This document shows positions 35,017 to 47,669 of a stretch of DNA of 56,794 nucleotides, piece after piece; positions within the stretch are counted from its first letter, which is position 1; every line of letters begins with the position of its first letter. The notes beneath the pieces were generated by a model. It was given only the letters and a program-made list of their open reading frames with translations. It did not search any database and was not told the origin of the DNA. The translations under genes and the position numbers were made by a program. Origin of the DNA: Nemertoderma westbladi (lineage: Eukaryota; Animalia; Xenacoelomorpha). Where the stretch lies: positions 1 through 56,794 of the forward strand of contig JAUCBJ010001911.1 of assembly GCA_032718475.1 (NCBI GenBank). The letters are read 5' to 3'.

Positions 35017-36207
35017 CTACCGCGCCAGTTCTAGTCGGCGCTGATTCAGTTTGGCTTGATATTGCGCAAGCCTCCCTAGCACGGCATGCAAATCATCCCG
35101 CCTGCACTCACCCTCTACCCCCCTCTCTCGCATATTCTGCTCGGCCAACTCTGCCTCTCTCGCAACCATCTCAAGCCGCCTCACCGGCTCGCTCTCTACT
35201 CCCATCTCTCGCTCTCTACACTCCTTGGCTCTCTCTCTACACTCCTCGGCCCTCTCTCTACACTCCCTCTCCAACTCTCCTAACTTCTCTGAGAATGCGG
35301 TTTCCTCTCTCAATTGTCTCTCTAACTCATTCTGCTCTGTCGCAACCATTTCTAATTTATACGCCATGCGTTCACTCTCTCGCACCCGTCTTTCTTTTGT
35401 GGAGGATGTAGCAGACTTATCGGTTGCGACGGACTCCCGCCGCTCCTCCATCCTACTAACTTTCCCCCGCCTCCCGGAACTTCCTCCGACCGACGAGACC
35501 GAATCCTCGGAGTTAACCTCGGATTCGCCCTCCTCAGGTCTCTTCCAACCCACTAATTTTACTCCCCGGGCATCGACTAAGTACGGCCCTACGTACACTA
35601 ACACTACGCTAGGTTCCATACCCCCACATTCCCATAGTTCAAACAGTTCGCTGGCAACCCCTCTTGCTCTCTCCTCGGCTAGTTCTCTCTGCCCAAAACG
35701 CATTAGGTAACTAAAATGTCTGTCCGACTCACCTAGTCGTTTCATCAATCTCACCTCGTCTATCTTCGCCCCTCCTTTGGCCTCCTTTAGTAGTTCCCGG
35801 GTCGCGTTGTAGGCCCGTCGAAGTCGATCAGAAACCCCAACGTCCTCGTCGCCGACCCCTCCTCCATCTCTCCGGGTCCGACGTCGTGCCGGCGGCCCCA
35901 CCGTCGCCGTTCCGGTGGACCGTCCGTCATCCTCGGCCTGTGGCTGACCGGTGACATCGGTATGTCGACCCTCGCTCCGCGTCGACTCGTCTTTCTCTTC
36001 TCCTCTCGACTCGATCTCTCTTTCTAGACGATCCCCCACATCTTGGTTCGCCGGGTCGCTCGTTATCGATGTGGCGTCAACGTGCGTCGACCTGGTCGGC
36101 GTAGCATCGACCGGCGTCGTGGGTTCGTATCGTCTCGCCGTGGCCTCTCGGATCGTTAGATCGTCATCCGGGGTCTGCAGCGGTGTCGTTCCTATCTCTC
36201 GACTCAT
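35017..36207 (-). CDS. gag N-terminal-like charged coiled-coil ORF of element 2 (396 aa)
   Basis: First ATG 55 nt after the 5' LTR; disordered-helical-coiled-coil layout like element 1 gag. Confidence 0.6.
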   Translation of the reverse strand: MSREIGTTPLQTPDDDLTIREATARRYEPTTPVDATPTRSTHVDATSITSDPANQDVGDRLEREIESRGEEKDESTRSEGRHTDVTGQPQAEDDGRSTGTATVGPPARRRTRRDGGGVGDEDVGVSDRLRRAYNATRELLKEAKGGAKIDEVRLMKRLGESDRHFSYLMRFGQRELAEERARGVASELFELWECGGMEPSVVLVYVGPYLVDARGVKLVGWKRPEEGESEVNSEDSVSSVGGSSGRRGKVSRMEERRESVATDKSATSSTKERRVRESERMAYKLEMVATEQNELERQLREETAFSEKLGELERECRERAEECRERAKECREREMGVESEPVRRLEMVAREAELAEQNMRERGVEGECRRDDLHAVLGRLAQYQAKLNQRRLELAR

Positions 36208-36262
36208 CTCCGTCTTTGGTCTGTGTCTGGCAGTTACAGTTCGGCAGGCCTAAAGTTAGGAC

Positions 36263-36784
36263 TGTGATGGGATCCGAGAGGATCCTGGTTTATCCGGTGT
36301 TGGTTACGTACGCGTCAGCCGCACCGTGTGATGGAAAAGGTGATAAGTTTGTTGTTCCAGTATTACTGATAAGGTATAATATAGTTGATAGCATATACAG
36401 ATATAATAACAGATAACACGGTAATATACTATGGGTGACGGCGGTGACGGTCCTAACTGTCACCGTACTACCTGACTGTACTGACAGACTGAGATAACTG
36501 AGTGAAAGCCGCATCGACCGGTAATATATATTGCACAGTTGGCCATATTGCTACTCTACCTAATCGATGCCTTTCCCCCCTCTGATTGGTTGATACCCTT
36601 GTTGGCGCCCTTCGGAGTGTTCCCGTTCACTCCTCCTGTTCTCTCTGACCCCTATTGTGTGTTTCTCTCCTTCCCACTCTATTGGGGTGACACGAGGTTG
36701 ATATTGGTAATCAACCTCGTGCTCCCAATATTGCCTTATGGCTCACTCTATGGGTTTGTGTTAGCGGAATTGGATAAGCTAACA
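36263..36784 (-). repeat. 5' LTR of element 2 (522 bp)
   Basis: TG...CA, followed by the TSD. Confidence 0.95.
36496..36531 (-). promoter_or_regulatory. LTR core promoter: TATA (TATATATTA) and initiator TCAGTT, predicted TSS 36499
   Basis: 31-nt spacing from TATA to the Inr A on the element sense strand. Confidence 0.6.
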
Positions 36785-37139
36785 CTGTATATAATATGGT
36801 TTGTTTGCCATAGAAAGAGTTTGTTGCTCGTTTGCCTGACGTGAAATTCGGGCTCGGTTCAACTGTCTTCTTAAACCTTCAGCTCAGCAGCTCTCTTCAT
36901 TTTTTTTCGTTATTCTAGAACATATAACCTGAGCTTTCTGTTTGTTCTAATATTTATTTTTTATCACAAACCGTAAATCCTCGGCGAATTAATTTCGCCA
37001 AGGATACCCAGATACAATGCTTCTCTACCTATATTCTACTACATTGTGAGCTTTAGCTGTTTTTATGAGGCCAAAGTGCGATAGTTATTATGGGTTACTT
37101 TAATCTGCCTTTCAGGTGTTACAAACACCTAAAAATAAT

Positions 37140-37503
37140 TACTGCAATGCAAAGAAATTAAAGCTGTTAATTAAGTGAAAATAGCAAATGTTTGTTTACC
37201 TCTTAAATTAGAAAGCTAAATTTAATAAATTTGATAAAAAAATGACAAATATTGAAATATAATAAAGAAACATCTCCATTGATCACAAAATAGTGTTTAA
37301 ATAGAACCGTCACCGAATATTCTAAAAACACGAAAATCGGAGTGGAGAGGAAGCGAGCAGAGTGGAGTAGGGGGGGCGGGCCGTACCTGAAATCGCGAAG
37401 GGCCTGAGCGCGTGGGCGCGAGGATTGATTCAAGGTAAGAACCTGGGCCTTAAATGTGCAGGAAATTACCACGAACAATACCTTGGGTACTAGTGAACGG
37501 AAA
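37140..37503. repeat. Dispersed GC-rich-core repeat, copy 4 (3'-truncated)
   Basis: Match to copy 2. Confidence 0.85.
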
Positions 37504-38007
37504 CTGTTTTTATGTCATATAGAAGAAGGATTTTATAAGGATCTTATAGAACAGGTTACAGATTTTGTTTTTTTAAGAGTAATCGGATTTTATTTGCGTC
37601 GATTTTCCCGTATAGTGTGACACCACCATGCAATCCATAATCATATGTAATATAATCCATAATATCGAAATATCATACAGATACAGTTACGCTATAGTTT
37701 ATGGGCGGGGTAGCCAATACGTCAAGCCCTTGACATACTCATCATCTCATTCGGGCTTGCTTACGTGAGTGACCGTGGCCTATTTGTTTCGATTTACATA
37801 CACCTCTGTTGCAGTTTAACTTTACAGGGCTATTCATTCAGCCATTGCCTCCAACTAATATATTGAATGTTCTTATTGGTAGTTCTGTACAGTAGCCGTA
37901 GAAGCATTTTATTATTAATTAAATGCCGGTCGGTGGGTCGGCTTTTATTCAAAGACTTGAGGTCATTCCACCCTCCAGACATATAATTCCTTTGTATTGC
38001 GTTGTCA

Positions 38008-38918
38008 ATAACAATACTCTTGTGTCTCCATATTAATATAATATGCTTTCAACCAACCGGCTTTGTATTATATTCATTCGGTATAGTTTGACTTTCTAGT
38101 TAAGTTATTATTTAGTGTTTAGTTTTGTATTCCAGTATTGTTATAGTTTGTTTATTCATAGGCCTAAATATTATCGATGAAATCTCGCTTGCTATAGCTC
38201 GTTAGAAAGGTCTCGCCCTAACTCGTTGCAACGTAATACTCAGAGCCGTCTGAAGTTCGCCCGTCTGCCGCTAGAGGGCGATTTTCGTGATTTTCGGGCG
38301 AAATTTATCAAATTAATAATTACTTTGTATTGCGATGTCAATAACAATACCCTTATTGATATTAATATAATATTGTTAATTAAGTGAAAATAGCAATTGT
38401 TTGTGTACGTCTTAATTTAGCAAGGTGAATTTAGGTGGCCCTGTGGGTTTAGGTGGGGCCCAGCTTATAAACAGGGGTCTGGGTGCTTGACAGCCAGCAG
38501 CAACGTGGCGCTAAATTGGTACCTATTAATTTAGACATTGGTCAACCCAATGTCCCTAGGCTATACATATTACTCCACTTGGTTGACCCCCCCCCCCCCC
38601 CACCTTCTAATCATTTCGATAAGGATTAATAAATCCTATACTACTATTACTACTACTATACTAATAAATACAATACTCTTGTGTCTCCATATTAATATAA
38701 TATGCTTTCAACCAACCGGCTTTGTATTATATTCATTCGGTATAGTTTGACTTTCTAGTTAAGTTATTATTTAGTGTTTAGTTTTGTATTCCAGTATAGT
38801 TATAGTTTGTTTATTCATAGGCCTAAATATTATCGATGAAATCTCGCTTGCTATAGCTCGTTAGAAAGGTCTCGCCCTAACTCGTTGCAACGTAATTCTC
38901 AGAGCCGTCTGAAGTTCA
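38008..38918. repeat. Local direct duplication (~38008-38258 and ~38668-38918)
   Basis: Near-identical ~250-bp blocks. Confidence 0.8.
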
Positions 38919-39170
38919 TGCGTCACAAATGCTACGATATAATATATTTAATATAATAATAATAGATATATTTATAATAATATAATAGAGATATAAATAG
39001 GATCGATAAGACCCCCGTAATTTCGAGAAAACCCCCGTAATTTATTAATACTGTATATAATATGGTTTATTTGCCATAGAAAGAGTTTGTTGCTCGTTTG
39101 CCTGACGTGAAATTCGGGCTCGGTTCAACTGTCTTCTGTTCAACTGTTCAACTCGATATTAAATAATACG

Positions 39171-41474
39171 ATGGCCCAAGAAAGTTTTACGCGTCAAATG
39201 GCTAGAACCGAAGCCCGTCAAGCGGTAAAGATGGGAGAGATCATCAAGTTCAATGGAGATGAGATGAAATGGTTACCTTTTAATGAATATTACAAAGATA
39301 ACATACAGAACTCCGTGTTATCTAACGGAGAAAAGCTTAGATTCCTAATCGAGTGCTTGGAAGGATCTCCCAAGTTAATGGCGTTAAAGTTTATTGGACA
39401 TCCAGATGGATTAAGACAAGTTTGGGATACAATAAACATCAGGTATGGTAATAGGACTAACATAGCTAGGTATTTGTATGCAAAATTAATGGCGCCCCGA
39501 AAGTTTCTTAGCAGCGGGATTATAGAGTTTTCCGACGAAATTCAGGAGATCTGTAGACAGCTAGATTGGTTAGGTAAGTCTCATGAATACCAGAATTCTA
39601 TGGTTGTAGGAGCCTTAGCATCAACTCTGCCAAAGGGTGGAGTAGGTACACGCTGGGACAAGACAGTGTTATATATGATGGAACAACAACGACGAGACCC
39701 TACCATGGCTGATCTCATGTCATTCTTGGATGGCGAAGTGAAATTACAGCTCATAAAGCAGTCCAGAGAGAAGACACCGGAAAACAAGGTAAGTGAGAAA
39801 CCCATCTCTAGGAGAAAGGTAACACCAGTGTGTTATACAGACGACGGCGAAAGCCAGACTTCTCAAGGAGAGGATAGCGGGAAAGACACTGAAAGATCTT
39901 ACTATGACAACAAAGCGACTAAGGACGTAAGTAAATTCAAGTCTCGAACCAATGACAGGAGAGAACAGGTAAGAAAAACTCCTCCTACGTCTCCTAAGAG
40001 AATTCAAGTGAGAAAGCCCGAGGAAAGAACGAGCGTGCACCACATAGCACATGTTAAAGTAAGTAACATCAAACCAAAATGTGTGCTGTGCGACGGGCCC
40101 CACCGTTTGAATATGTGTGATAAATTCCTAAAGAAATCATTAAAGGACAGACGTGAAGTCATGTGGGATAAGCGGTTGTGTTATAATTGCCTCAGACGAG
40201 GACACCAACGGCGAACCTGTTACTCCGACGCAAGGTGTGCAAAGTGCGGTGCGAAACATCATATCTTGTTGCACACTGAATTCGAGCGAAATAGTCCGAG
40301 TCAGGTGAGTGATTCCGAACTACATGTCCAATTCAGTGATGTGAACGACACTGATCAATCTGAGATGGAAGGATTCTATACGGACGAGTTCTCCGACGAA
40401 AACGAATCCTGTTACATGATAAATACCTCAGTGTATCGAGCACTCACTTATGAAAAAGATACAGAAAGTGACCTCACTCTAACTACTTCTGATCGACAAC
40501 CATACTGGAAAGCGCCACCTTCCAATGTAGGAATCCGAGAATTTCCTGTAGTCCAGGTAAGGGTCCACGGACCTAAAAGGAGTTATGTAGTGAACACCCT
40601 CCTTGACTCCGGTAGTACAGGAACATTCATCGACAAAGAACTAGCCGAAGACATCTTTGCTGGACAACCCAAGTTCCGAACTAAGCTAAACATGTCAGGA
40701 ATTATGCAGGTTTGGAAATCTACCGTAATAGCGGATTATTATGTAGGCGCGTTGTCCACCCCCCAGGATGAACTAGGAGAACACAGCATAAGGTCAGTAA
40801 AAATGTTAGCGATAAAGAACTTCGCGACCAGCCAAGTGGAACCTTATAACTGGGATGAGGACGATTTCACCCAGCAGTTTGAAATACCTAGATTCAACAC
40901 CGATTACCCTGGAGTCCAAATACTCATCGGTCAAAATGCGCATGAAGCGCTCGAGACATTGGAGAAACGGCCTGCTCAACCGCAACCTCTACAAGTTTAT
41001 GCGGGAAGAACTAGAGTAGGTTGGTACTTTACTGGCCCTTCTCGTAGAACCCTTATGGAAAGATTACCAAAAGAACAGGTATATCAATTAAGTGAACGGG
41101 AAGTGGAGAGCAGTGAAGTTGACGACCCAACTGAGGGAACACCATACTCCTCAGATAATGACGACATCAACTCCAATGTAGATCAATGGAGACATTGCCC
41201 CGAGACGATCAATCTAGCCGACATCGCCTCCAGAGGAGCAACTCCTCAAGAACTGGCAGATACTCCAGACTGGTTAGGTGAACCCGACTTCCTAAGTAAA
41301 GAAGATGAATGGCCTCCCCATCTTAACCCGGCGAAGATTAGACAGGCCAAGGGAGTGGAGAAAGTAACACAACCACTCAATCGCCCAGCTGGTCGTTTAT
41401 GTTTACTAGAAAGAGACCGAAAACTGTCCGGAAACTATGGAAGGCAAGATACTCTCCCACGACCACCTCCCTAA
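39171..41474 (+). CDS. Internally deleted BEL/Pao polyprotein, element 3: DUF1759-type capsid, three knuckles, protease, fused to post-RNase H and C-terminal remnants
   Basis: KFNGD..KW..F, EKLRFL...LEG, RYG; three CCHC-type knuckles; LLDSGS; then QWRHCP..NLADIASRG and RPAGRLCLLE; no RT or DDE motifs. Confidence 0.9.
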   Translation: MAQESFTRQMARTEARQAVKMGEIIKFNGDEMKWLPFNEYYKDNIQNSVLSNGEKLRFLIECLEGSPKLMALKFIGHPDGLRQVWDTINIRYGNRTNIARYLYAKLMAPRKFLSSGIIEFSDEIQEICRQLDWLGKSHEYQNSMVVGALASTLPKGGVGTRWDKTVLYMMEQQRRDPTMADLMSFLDGEVKLQLIKQSREKTPENKVSEKPISRRKVTPVCYTDDGESQTSQGEDSGKDTERSYYDNKATKDVSKFKSRTNDRREQVRKTPPTSPKRIQVRKPEERTSVHHIAHVKVSNIKPKCVLCDGPHRLNMCDKFLKKSLKDRREVMWDKRLCYNCLRRGHQRRTCYSDARCAKCGAKHHILLHTEFERNSPSQVSDSELHVQFSDVNDTDQSEMEGFYTDEFSDENESCYMINTSVYRALTYEKDTESDLTLTTSDRQPYWKAPPSNVGIREFPVVQVRVHGPKRSYVVNTLLDSGSTGTFIDKELAEDIFAGQPKFRTKLNMSGIMQVWKSTVIADYYVGALSTPQDELGEHSIRSVKMLAIKNFATSQVEPYNWDEDDFTQQFEIPRFNTDYPGVQILIGQNAHEALETLEKRPAQPQPLQVYAGRTRVGWYFTGPSRRTLMERLPKEQVYQLSEREVESSEVDDPTEGTPYSSDNDDINSNVDQWRHCPETINLADIASRGATPQELADTPDWLGEPDFLSKEDEWPPHLNPAKIRQAKGVEKVTQPLNRPAGRLCLLERDRKLSGNYGRQDTLPRPPP

Positions 41475-41514
41475 TCCAACAAATATCTAGGGACTCCATA
41501 ACGTAACAACATAC

Positions 41515-41930
41515 GGAGTGGGTGTGTGACTATATTATTTTATATTTATTTTTATTATTTTATATTATGTATGTATTATTATGTAATTTTATTATAATCG
41601 TTTTATTTAATTTTATTTAGTAGCATGTTATTTTAGCGATTATTTAGTAGATTAGTGTAATATATTCTCGTTTATTACTTAATTACGTATATATTATATT
41701 TAGTGCGACGGCGAGAAATAATTCTTTTTCTCCTTCCTTACTGTCCGTATTACATTACAAATACGTAACTACAGTAAGATGAAATGTCCGTACTTATTAA
41801 AGTACAATAAAGCCACTACTATATTCAAGTATTATTGGTAGGCAGAGTATTAGGAATGCAAAGTTCAGATCCTCGTGTCTCGGCTAAACCAAGCTCTGGG
41901 TAGACCTTGGAAACGACTTGCCTCTTCACA
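41515..41930 (+). repeat. Probable PPT and 3' LTR of element 3
   Basis: GGAGTGGG followed by TGTG just after the stop; AATAAA near 41805; right end (TTCACA at 41930) is a guess. Confidence 0.4.
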
Positions 41931-42055
41931 CTGACATTGCTTCGTGCGATATTGCTCTCATACCGTATATTAAATAATACATATAGTAGCGTGATGTCCC
42001 TTTTAACAGTAGCGTAAAACGCAAAAATAAATCTGTTAAACCCTTTGACCATCTG

Positions 42056-42345
42056 CAATTCTAGTCGATTAAGATATCGCGGCACCCACCAATATACTTG
42101 AAAGACAAAATTCTAGAATCAGTGGTTAACGTCCCCAGACAAGTTCTGGAATAAATTGGTGCCCATCTCAAATATTAATTATTTAATATTTACAAATCTA
42201 TAAATCAAAATCTGTAAAATTCAGATCCTTTAACAATTCTAGTCGATTAAGATATCGTAGCACTTACCGATACTCTTAAAAGACAATTTTCATAGAATTA
42301 AGGATCCTATGTCCCCAGACCTGCTCTGGAATCAAATTGTGTCAA
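42056..42345. repeat. Degenerate ~179-bp tandem duplication
   Basis: AATTCTAGTCGATTAAGATATCG ... GTCCCCAGAC occurs twice. Confidence 0.7.
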
Positions 42346-43013
42346 TTTAACTATCAAATAATAAAATTTCAGGGAATAAATTTAAATTCATAATTTAATG
42401 GATTTAATAAATTGCAATTTTATACAATTTATAACATTCCCAAAATTCCATTAATTAATAGATCATGGGAGCGGAGATTCACTATATTAAGTGTATTTGT
42501 GTGTGAGAATCTCCAATGTATAGTCAATAGCCGATAAAATTCATAAAATCATATATAGAGAGGATATTGACAATTAAAGAATTACTATTAAATAGCATCC
42601 CAGATCTGTATGCATGAGAATTACCCTAATTCTACCGCTAGCTTTCCATAATGTCACCATGGCAACAACCACGCTAGAATTAGAAGTGAGTTAAAAGAAC
42701 AATAAAGGGCTTGCGTATTGAATAGCATACGGAATAAATAGCACACCGCTAGTATCCAAGGATACATAATAACAACGTGACATTCTGGAAGGCACTTGAC
42801 TAACGGACAAATGACCCGAATGTGTGATAGAATGTGTACCATTTGTGACTGTTACGTGGAATTTGTGCGTTTGTAGGCGTATTTGCACATCGGCGAAAGT
42901 ACACCAGCGCTGAGGATCTCGCACTGTCCGGGGGCAGAGAGGGGTAGGCAGCGACGCCCGCTCGCCTAAATATAAACTCATTATAATATGGATAAACTTA
43001 TATAGCAGATATG

Positions 43014-44510
43014 ATTGAGTTGATAGAAGATGATCTTGGTATCAGGGAACGATATACTCTACCTTTACAAGCGTTTGTTGATAGCTTGATACGCGGCGAC
43101 GCTGGTCCAACTACTACGGAGGACGATGGTCGTTATATCTAACCGCCAATGTCCCGGGAGCAACTTGCGCGTGGGTTAGACTGTAGAAAATTCACCGCTC
43201 GCTATACGCATCGTAATGGTACGTATATGGACTTCTTAACTACTGGTCATCCTATCGACCTACACGATACGAACGATATAGACACCAAAGGGAAATGGTT
43301 TATTTAAATATCATACCCAGCGGAAGCGGAACGATAAACTGAGACTCGAACACGAAAATTCTATTCGAAACCGACTCGAAAGTGCAGATGTCGAAGAGCC
43401 GGATAAATGCAGCGACTCCACCAAATACCTGGAATTCTTGAGAGAAACCTATCTCGATATTACCAGTCAACAGAATCTAGAAACTCGATATCCTCAAGGT
43501 ATACATCATGACCGCATGGTAGAACTCAAACGGCTCTATTCCACTATGATGTATCTTACCGCCGATCGATCGCTACCTGTTGTACCGGATAGCTTCGAAC
43601 GGATGGAGGAATATTGTAAGCTGGCGAAAGATCACTCGCGTTTCCCCTACAAGACGTGCGTTTTTGGTATTATTGCGATGAATGCCCAAGACCCAACCAA
43701 CAAACGGAAAGACATAAACATCCGCGGAGACGTTGCTTTAAACACGGTTTTACTCGCTATACTTACGGGAGTTTCGAGCAAAACTTGTTCGATGTATCAC
43801 CTACGCTCATTCGACTCAGACGATCCTTAAATAAACCAATGATCAGAGTTTCGGAATACTCGATCAGAACTCCTCATTCCCTAGTGAGACTTCAGACTCT
43901 TGATCCTATTAGTATGACGGATCCTCCCGAGCTGTACTCACTGCTCAAAGATCTAGTGTTACCTGAACAATTAGTCGGTGGCACCCCAGTTGTGGGCTTC
44001 CTAGATATTAGCCCATTCTACCTAGCCGGATTGGGACGCGGACATTTAATATCGCCGTTTAACCCTTACCATCGTCCCGTCCCGGCTTAACACGATATAA
44101 CCTGTCACCAAAGTGGCGGAGAATGTTGTACCAAACGAGTTAAACGCTATTCTACAAAGATCAGAAAGGAAACCTGCGTTTGTTCAGATAAACGTAAGTT
44201 GTAACAGCAAGTCCAAGCGATAAATGAATTGTCTTTATCTCAGTTCGATTGTGAAATCCAGAATCTCTAAGAAGATATCGAACTTAGACAACCCCATTCT
44301 CTGCGAGAGTTTTTGGATGAACGTATCCAGCTACGAGCGGAGGAAAATCAGCTCGAAGAGAAGCATATCGAAATGGCGGATACCCCGACCATAATCCTAC
44401 ACCTTCTGATGCAATCATATTGCACCCTTCACCCAGGATTTATAGCCCTCCTAGTAAAGTGGCTCGCCCCAAAGAGAAAAGGACTCTTGCTAGCCTCAAA
44501 AAACTGCATA
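43014..44510 (+). pseudogene. Decayed, apparently intronless long ORF of unknown family
   Basis: Consecutive coding-like segments (including ORFs 43438, 43656, 44313) broken by isolated stops and frameshifts; higher GC than flanks. Confidence 0.45.
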
Positions 44511-45779
44511 AACGCCGTCTGTGTAAGAAAGACTAACTGTTTAGAGTATCTTTATATTTTAGAAACTGTGATTTGTTATATTTTATAGACTTAAATCCCA
44601 TTTTCTGGGAGCGGTGTAAAAGCTTTTGCGTAATTAGCCGGTTATTTTCCCCGTAAAGTACTCTGTAGTTGGTTTACTGGGCATAAAAAGGCCGTGTCCT
44701 TACTGTACTGGTGTTTTAGAGGACATAAAAGCCATTTCTTCTGTATTTGTACTTTAGAGGACATAATCCGCAATTTCGGGACGCAATAAGCTCGATACTC
44801 TTGAAAACAGTGTCGCTACCATGACGACGGCTAACAGCTGATATTGCCACGTCGACATTTCTTTGTTTCTTTGTTCTCTCGTTGTTCGGTCGACCAATCA
44901 GAGCGTTTTTTGTCTCTGTGTTGGAGGTGGATACAGAAACTCAGGAATTCAGTGTTATGTTTTTGCCCAGAGCCTAAGAACACCGGCTTTTGGCACCTCC
45001 GTGTTTCAGTCTTTAGTCTTACATTAGTAGGCTTAATTATAGAACGTATATCTGTTATCGAGTTACCTTATCAATGCAATTCAATGCTTACTAAACATAT
45101 CATGCATATCTTACTTAACATTACTGCTTTTGCTGTCGGTTATTCATTATATTTGTTGATGGAAGATTATATTTGGAATACTGATCAATAGTCAGACACC
45201 CAACCTTCTTGATATACTAAAGGTTAGAGAGACCGGTTACAGATAAACGATTGCGACCTATGTTAAGTGGTTTGAAGTGAATCTAATGCTATTTTATAGG
45301 CCCTACATGTATTGTCTGTTATTCTCTTTGTATGTGACTAAAATTAGTGAAGGTCGGCAGATTGGTGTGCAGCATTGTGCAGCATTGTGTATGATTGTGA
45401 CTGATAACAAAGCATCTCCTAAAGAATGCGCCATATACGTGAATCTATAGCCTTTTCATTGTGTCTAGTTTAAGTCATAACTCTGTTTACATATTTAGAG
45501 CGCCACGTCCTAAAGGAACTGTTAATATTTCCCGAAAGTGAATAATATTTGTCAGAGATTATATATTACGATCAGTCGAATAATACGGTAGGCTTACACC
45601 ATCAATCATTAAGCTTCCGAATTCAGTCTCCCGGGTATATCCAGCGGGTGAATGATTGCGCATAGACTGGCTTCGGCTAATGTAGTGTATCAAATACTCG
45701 TCATAGGCTAAAGACTATATATCATCCAAAAGACATCCTAATTTGGCAGGTTAAACTGTCAAAGGTCTTAAAAGCGCAA

Positions 45780-47212
45780 ACAGCTTGCATTAAGTACACT
45801 ATGCCAATTTATCAACAAAATTGCTCCGCCACAACTCCCTAACCTCAATGACTTAGGATCGATATGACACTCAGTGACAGGCAGACAAATGCTACGATAT
45901 AAAATATTTAATATAATAATAATATGTATATTTATAATAATGTAATAGAGATATAAATAGGATCGATAAGACATTCAGTGACAGGCAGACAAATGCGACA
46001 AGAGTGGGCATCTACTACTAGGATCGGCATGCTGCATTGCAGCTGCATTTTTAAGAATGCTGTGCCGGCTTGTCGACAAAATTTCCCCGCCACAACTCCC
46101 TATCAACCAATGACATGGAAAGCGAGACTAAATACTTTTTAAACTTTTTTAGACTAAATAATATTAAAAGATTAAATAATATAATTATTTGTTTCGATTT
46201 ACTTACACCTCTGTTGCAGTTTAACTTTACGGGGCTATTCATTCAGCCATTGTTTCCAACTATTATATTGAATGTTCTTATTGGTAGTTCAGTACCGTAG
46301 CCGTAGAAGCATTTTATTATTAATTGAATGCCGGTCTGTAGGTCGGCTATTATTCAAAGGCTTGGGGTCATTCCCCCCTCCAGACATATAATTACTTTGT
46401 ATCAGCAGCTCTCTTCATTTTTTTTCGTTATTCTAGAACATATAACCTGAGCTTTATGTTTGTTCTAATATTTATTTTTTATCACAAACCGTTTCCATTT
46501 ATAATCAATATAATTTCTACTTTTCTTTGTAAAATAATTGTTATAATTTTCTTTAATTTTCTAGTTTAACTGCAGATTGTTTGTAAACATGCAGCTTGCA
46601 TTAAGTATACTATGCCAATTTATCAACAAAATTGCTCCGCCACAACTCCCTAACCTCAATGACTTAGGATCGATATGACACTCAGTGACAGGCAGACAAA
46701 TGCTACGATATAAAATATTTAATATAATAATAATATGTATATTTATAATAATGTAATAGAGATATAAATAGGATCGATAAGACATTCAGTGACAGGCAGA
46801 CAAATGCGACAAGAGTGGGCATCTACTACTAGGATCGGCATGCTGCATTGCAGCTGCATTTTTAAGAATGCTGTGCCGGCTTGTCGACAAAATTTCCCCG
46901 CCACAACTCCCTATCAACCAATGACATGGAAAGCGAGACTAAATACTTTTTAAACTTTTTTAGACTAAATAATATTAAAAGATTAAATAATATAATTATT
47001 TGTTTCGATTTACTTACACCTCTGTTGCAGTTTAACTTTACGCGGCTATTCATTCAGCCTTTGTTTCCAACTATTATATTGAATGTTCTTATTGGTAGTT
47101 CAGTACCGTAGCCGTAGAAGCATTTTATTATTAATTGAATGCCGGTCTGTAGGTCGGCTATTATTCAAAGGCTTGAGGTCATTCCTCCCTCCAGACATAT
47201 AATTACTTTGTA
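45780..47212. repeat. Tandem duplication, period 811 bp, each unit with an inverted LINE 3' tip
   Basis: ORFs 46051/46862 and 46070/46881 are offset by 811. Confidence 0.9.
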
Positions 47213-47669
47213 TTGCGATGTCAATAACAATACTCTTGTGTCTCCATATTAATATAATATGCTTTCAACCAACCGGCTTTGTATTATATTCATTCGGTTT
47301 GGTATAACCTTGACTTTCTAGTTAAGTTATTATTTTAGTGTTTAGTTTTGTATTCCAGTATTGTTATAGTTTGTTTATTCATAGGCCTAAATATTATCTG
47401 CTTTATTATAGAGACGTCGCATTATCCATAATTAATGGCCGTTCGCAATCAAATATATTAAAGTGTTTCGGGATCAGGGACGATTACAAGAAAGGTAATT
47501 TATTTATTATAATCCCGTATATAATTACTACGTAGCTAGACTTACTATAAGAAGGCTTAACTTATGAATTAACTTATTATTTAAATTCATTTACTCAGGT
47601 TTACTCAAGAGGAACCGCGGCCGGCGGGTATGGTATCCGAGAGGGTATGGTTCGGTTGGGTGCAACCGA

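Larger units (their letters stand above)
24611..36784 (-). mobile_element. Non-autonomous LTR retrotransposon (BEL-like), element 2, TSD CTGTA
   Basis: TG...CA LTRs at 24611-25152 and 36263-36784; CTGTA at 24606-24610 and 36785-36789; PPT GGGGGGAG at 25153-25160; empty-site paralogue TAATACTGTATATAATATGG at ~39046-39065. Confidence 0.95.
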
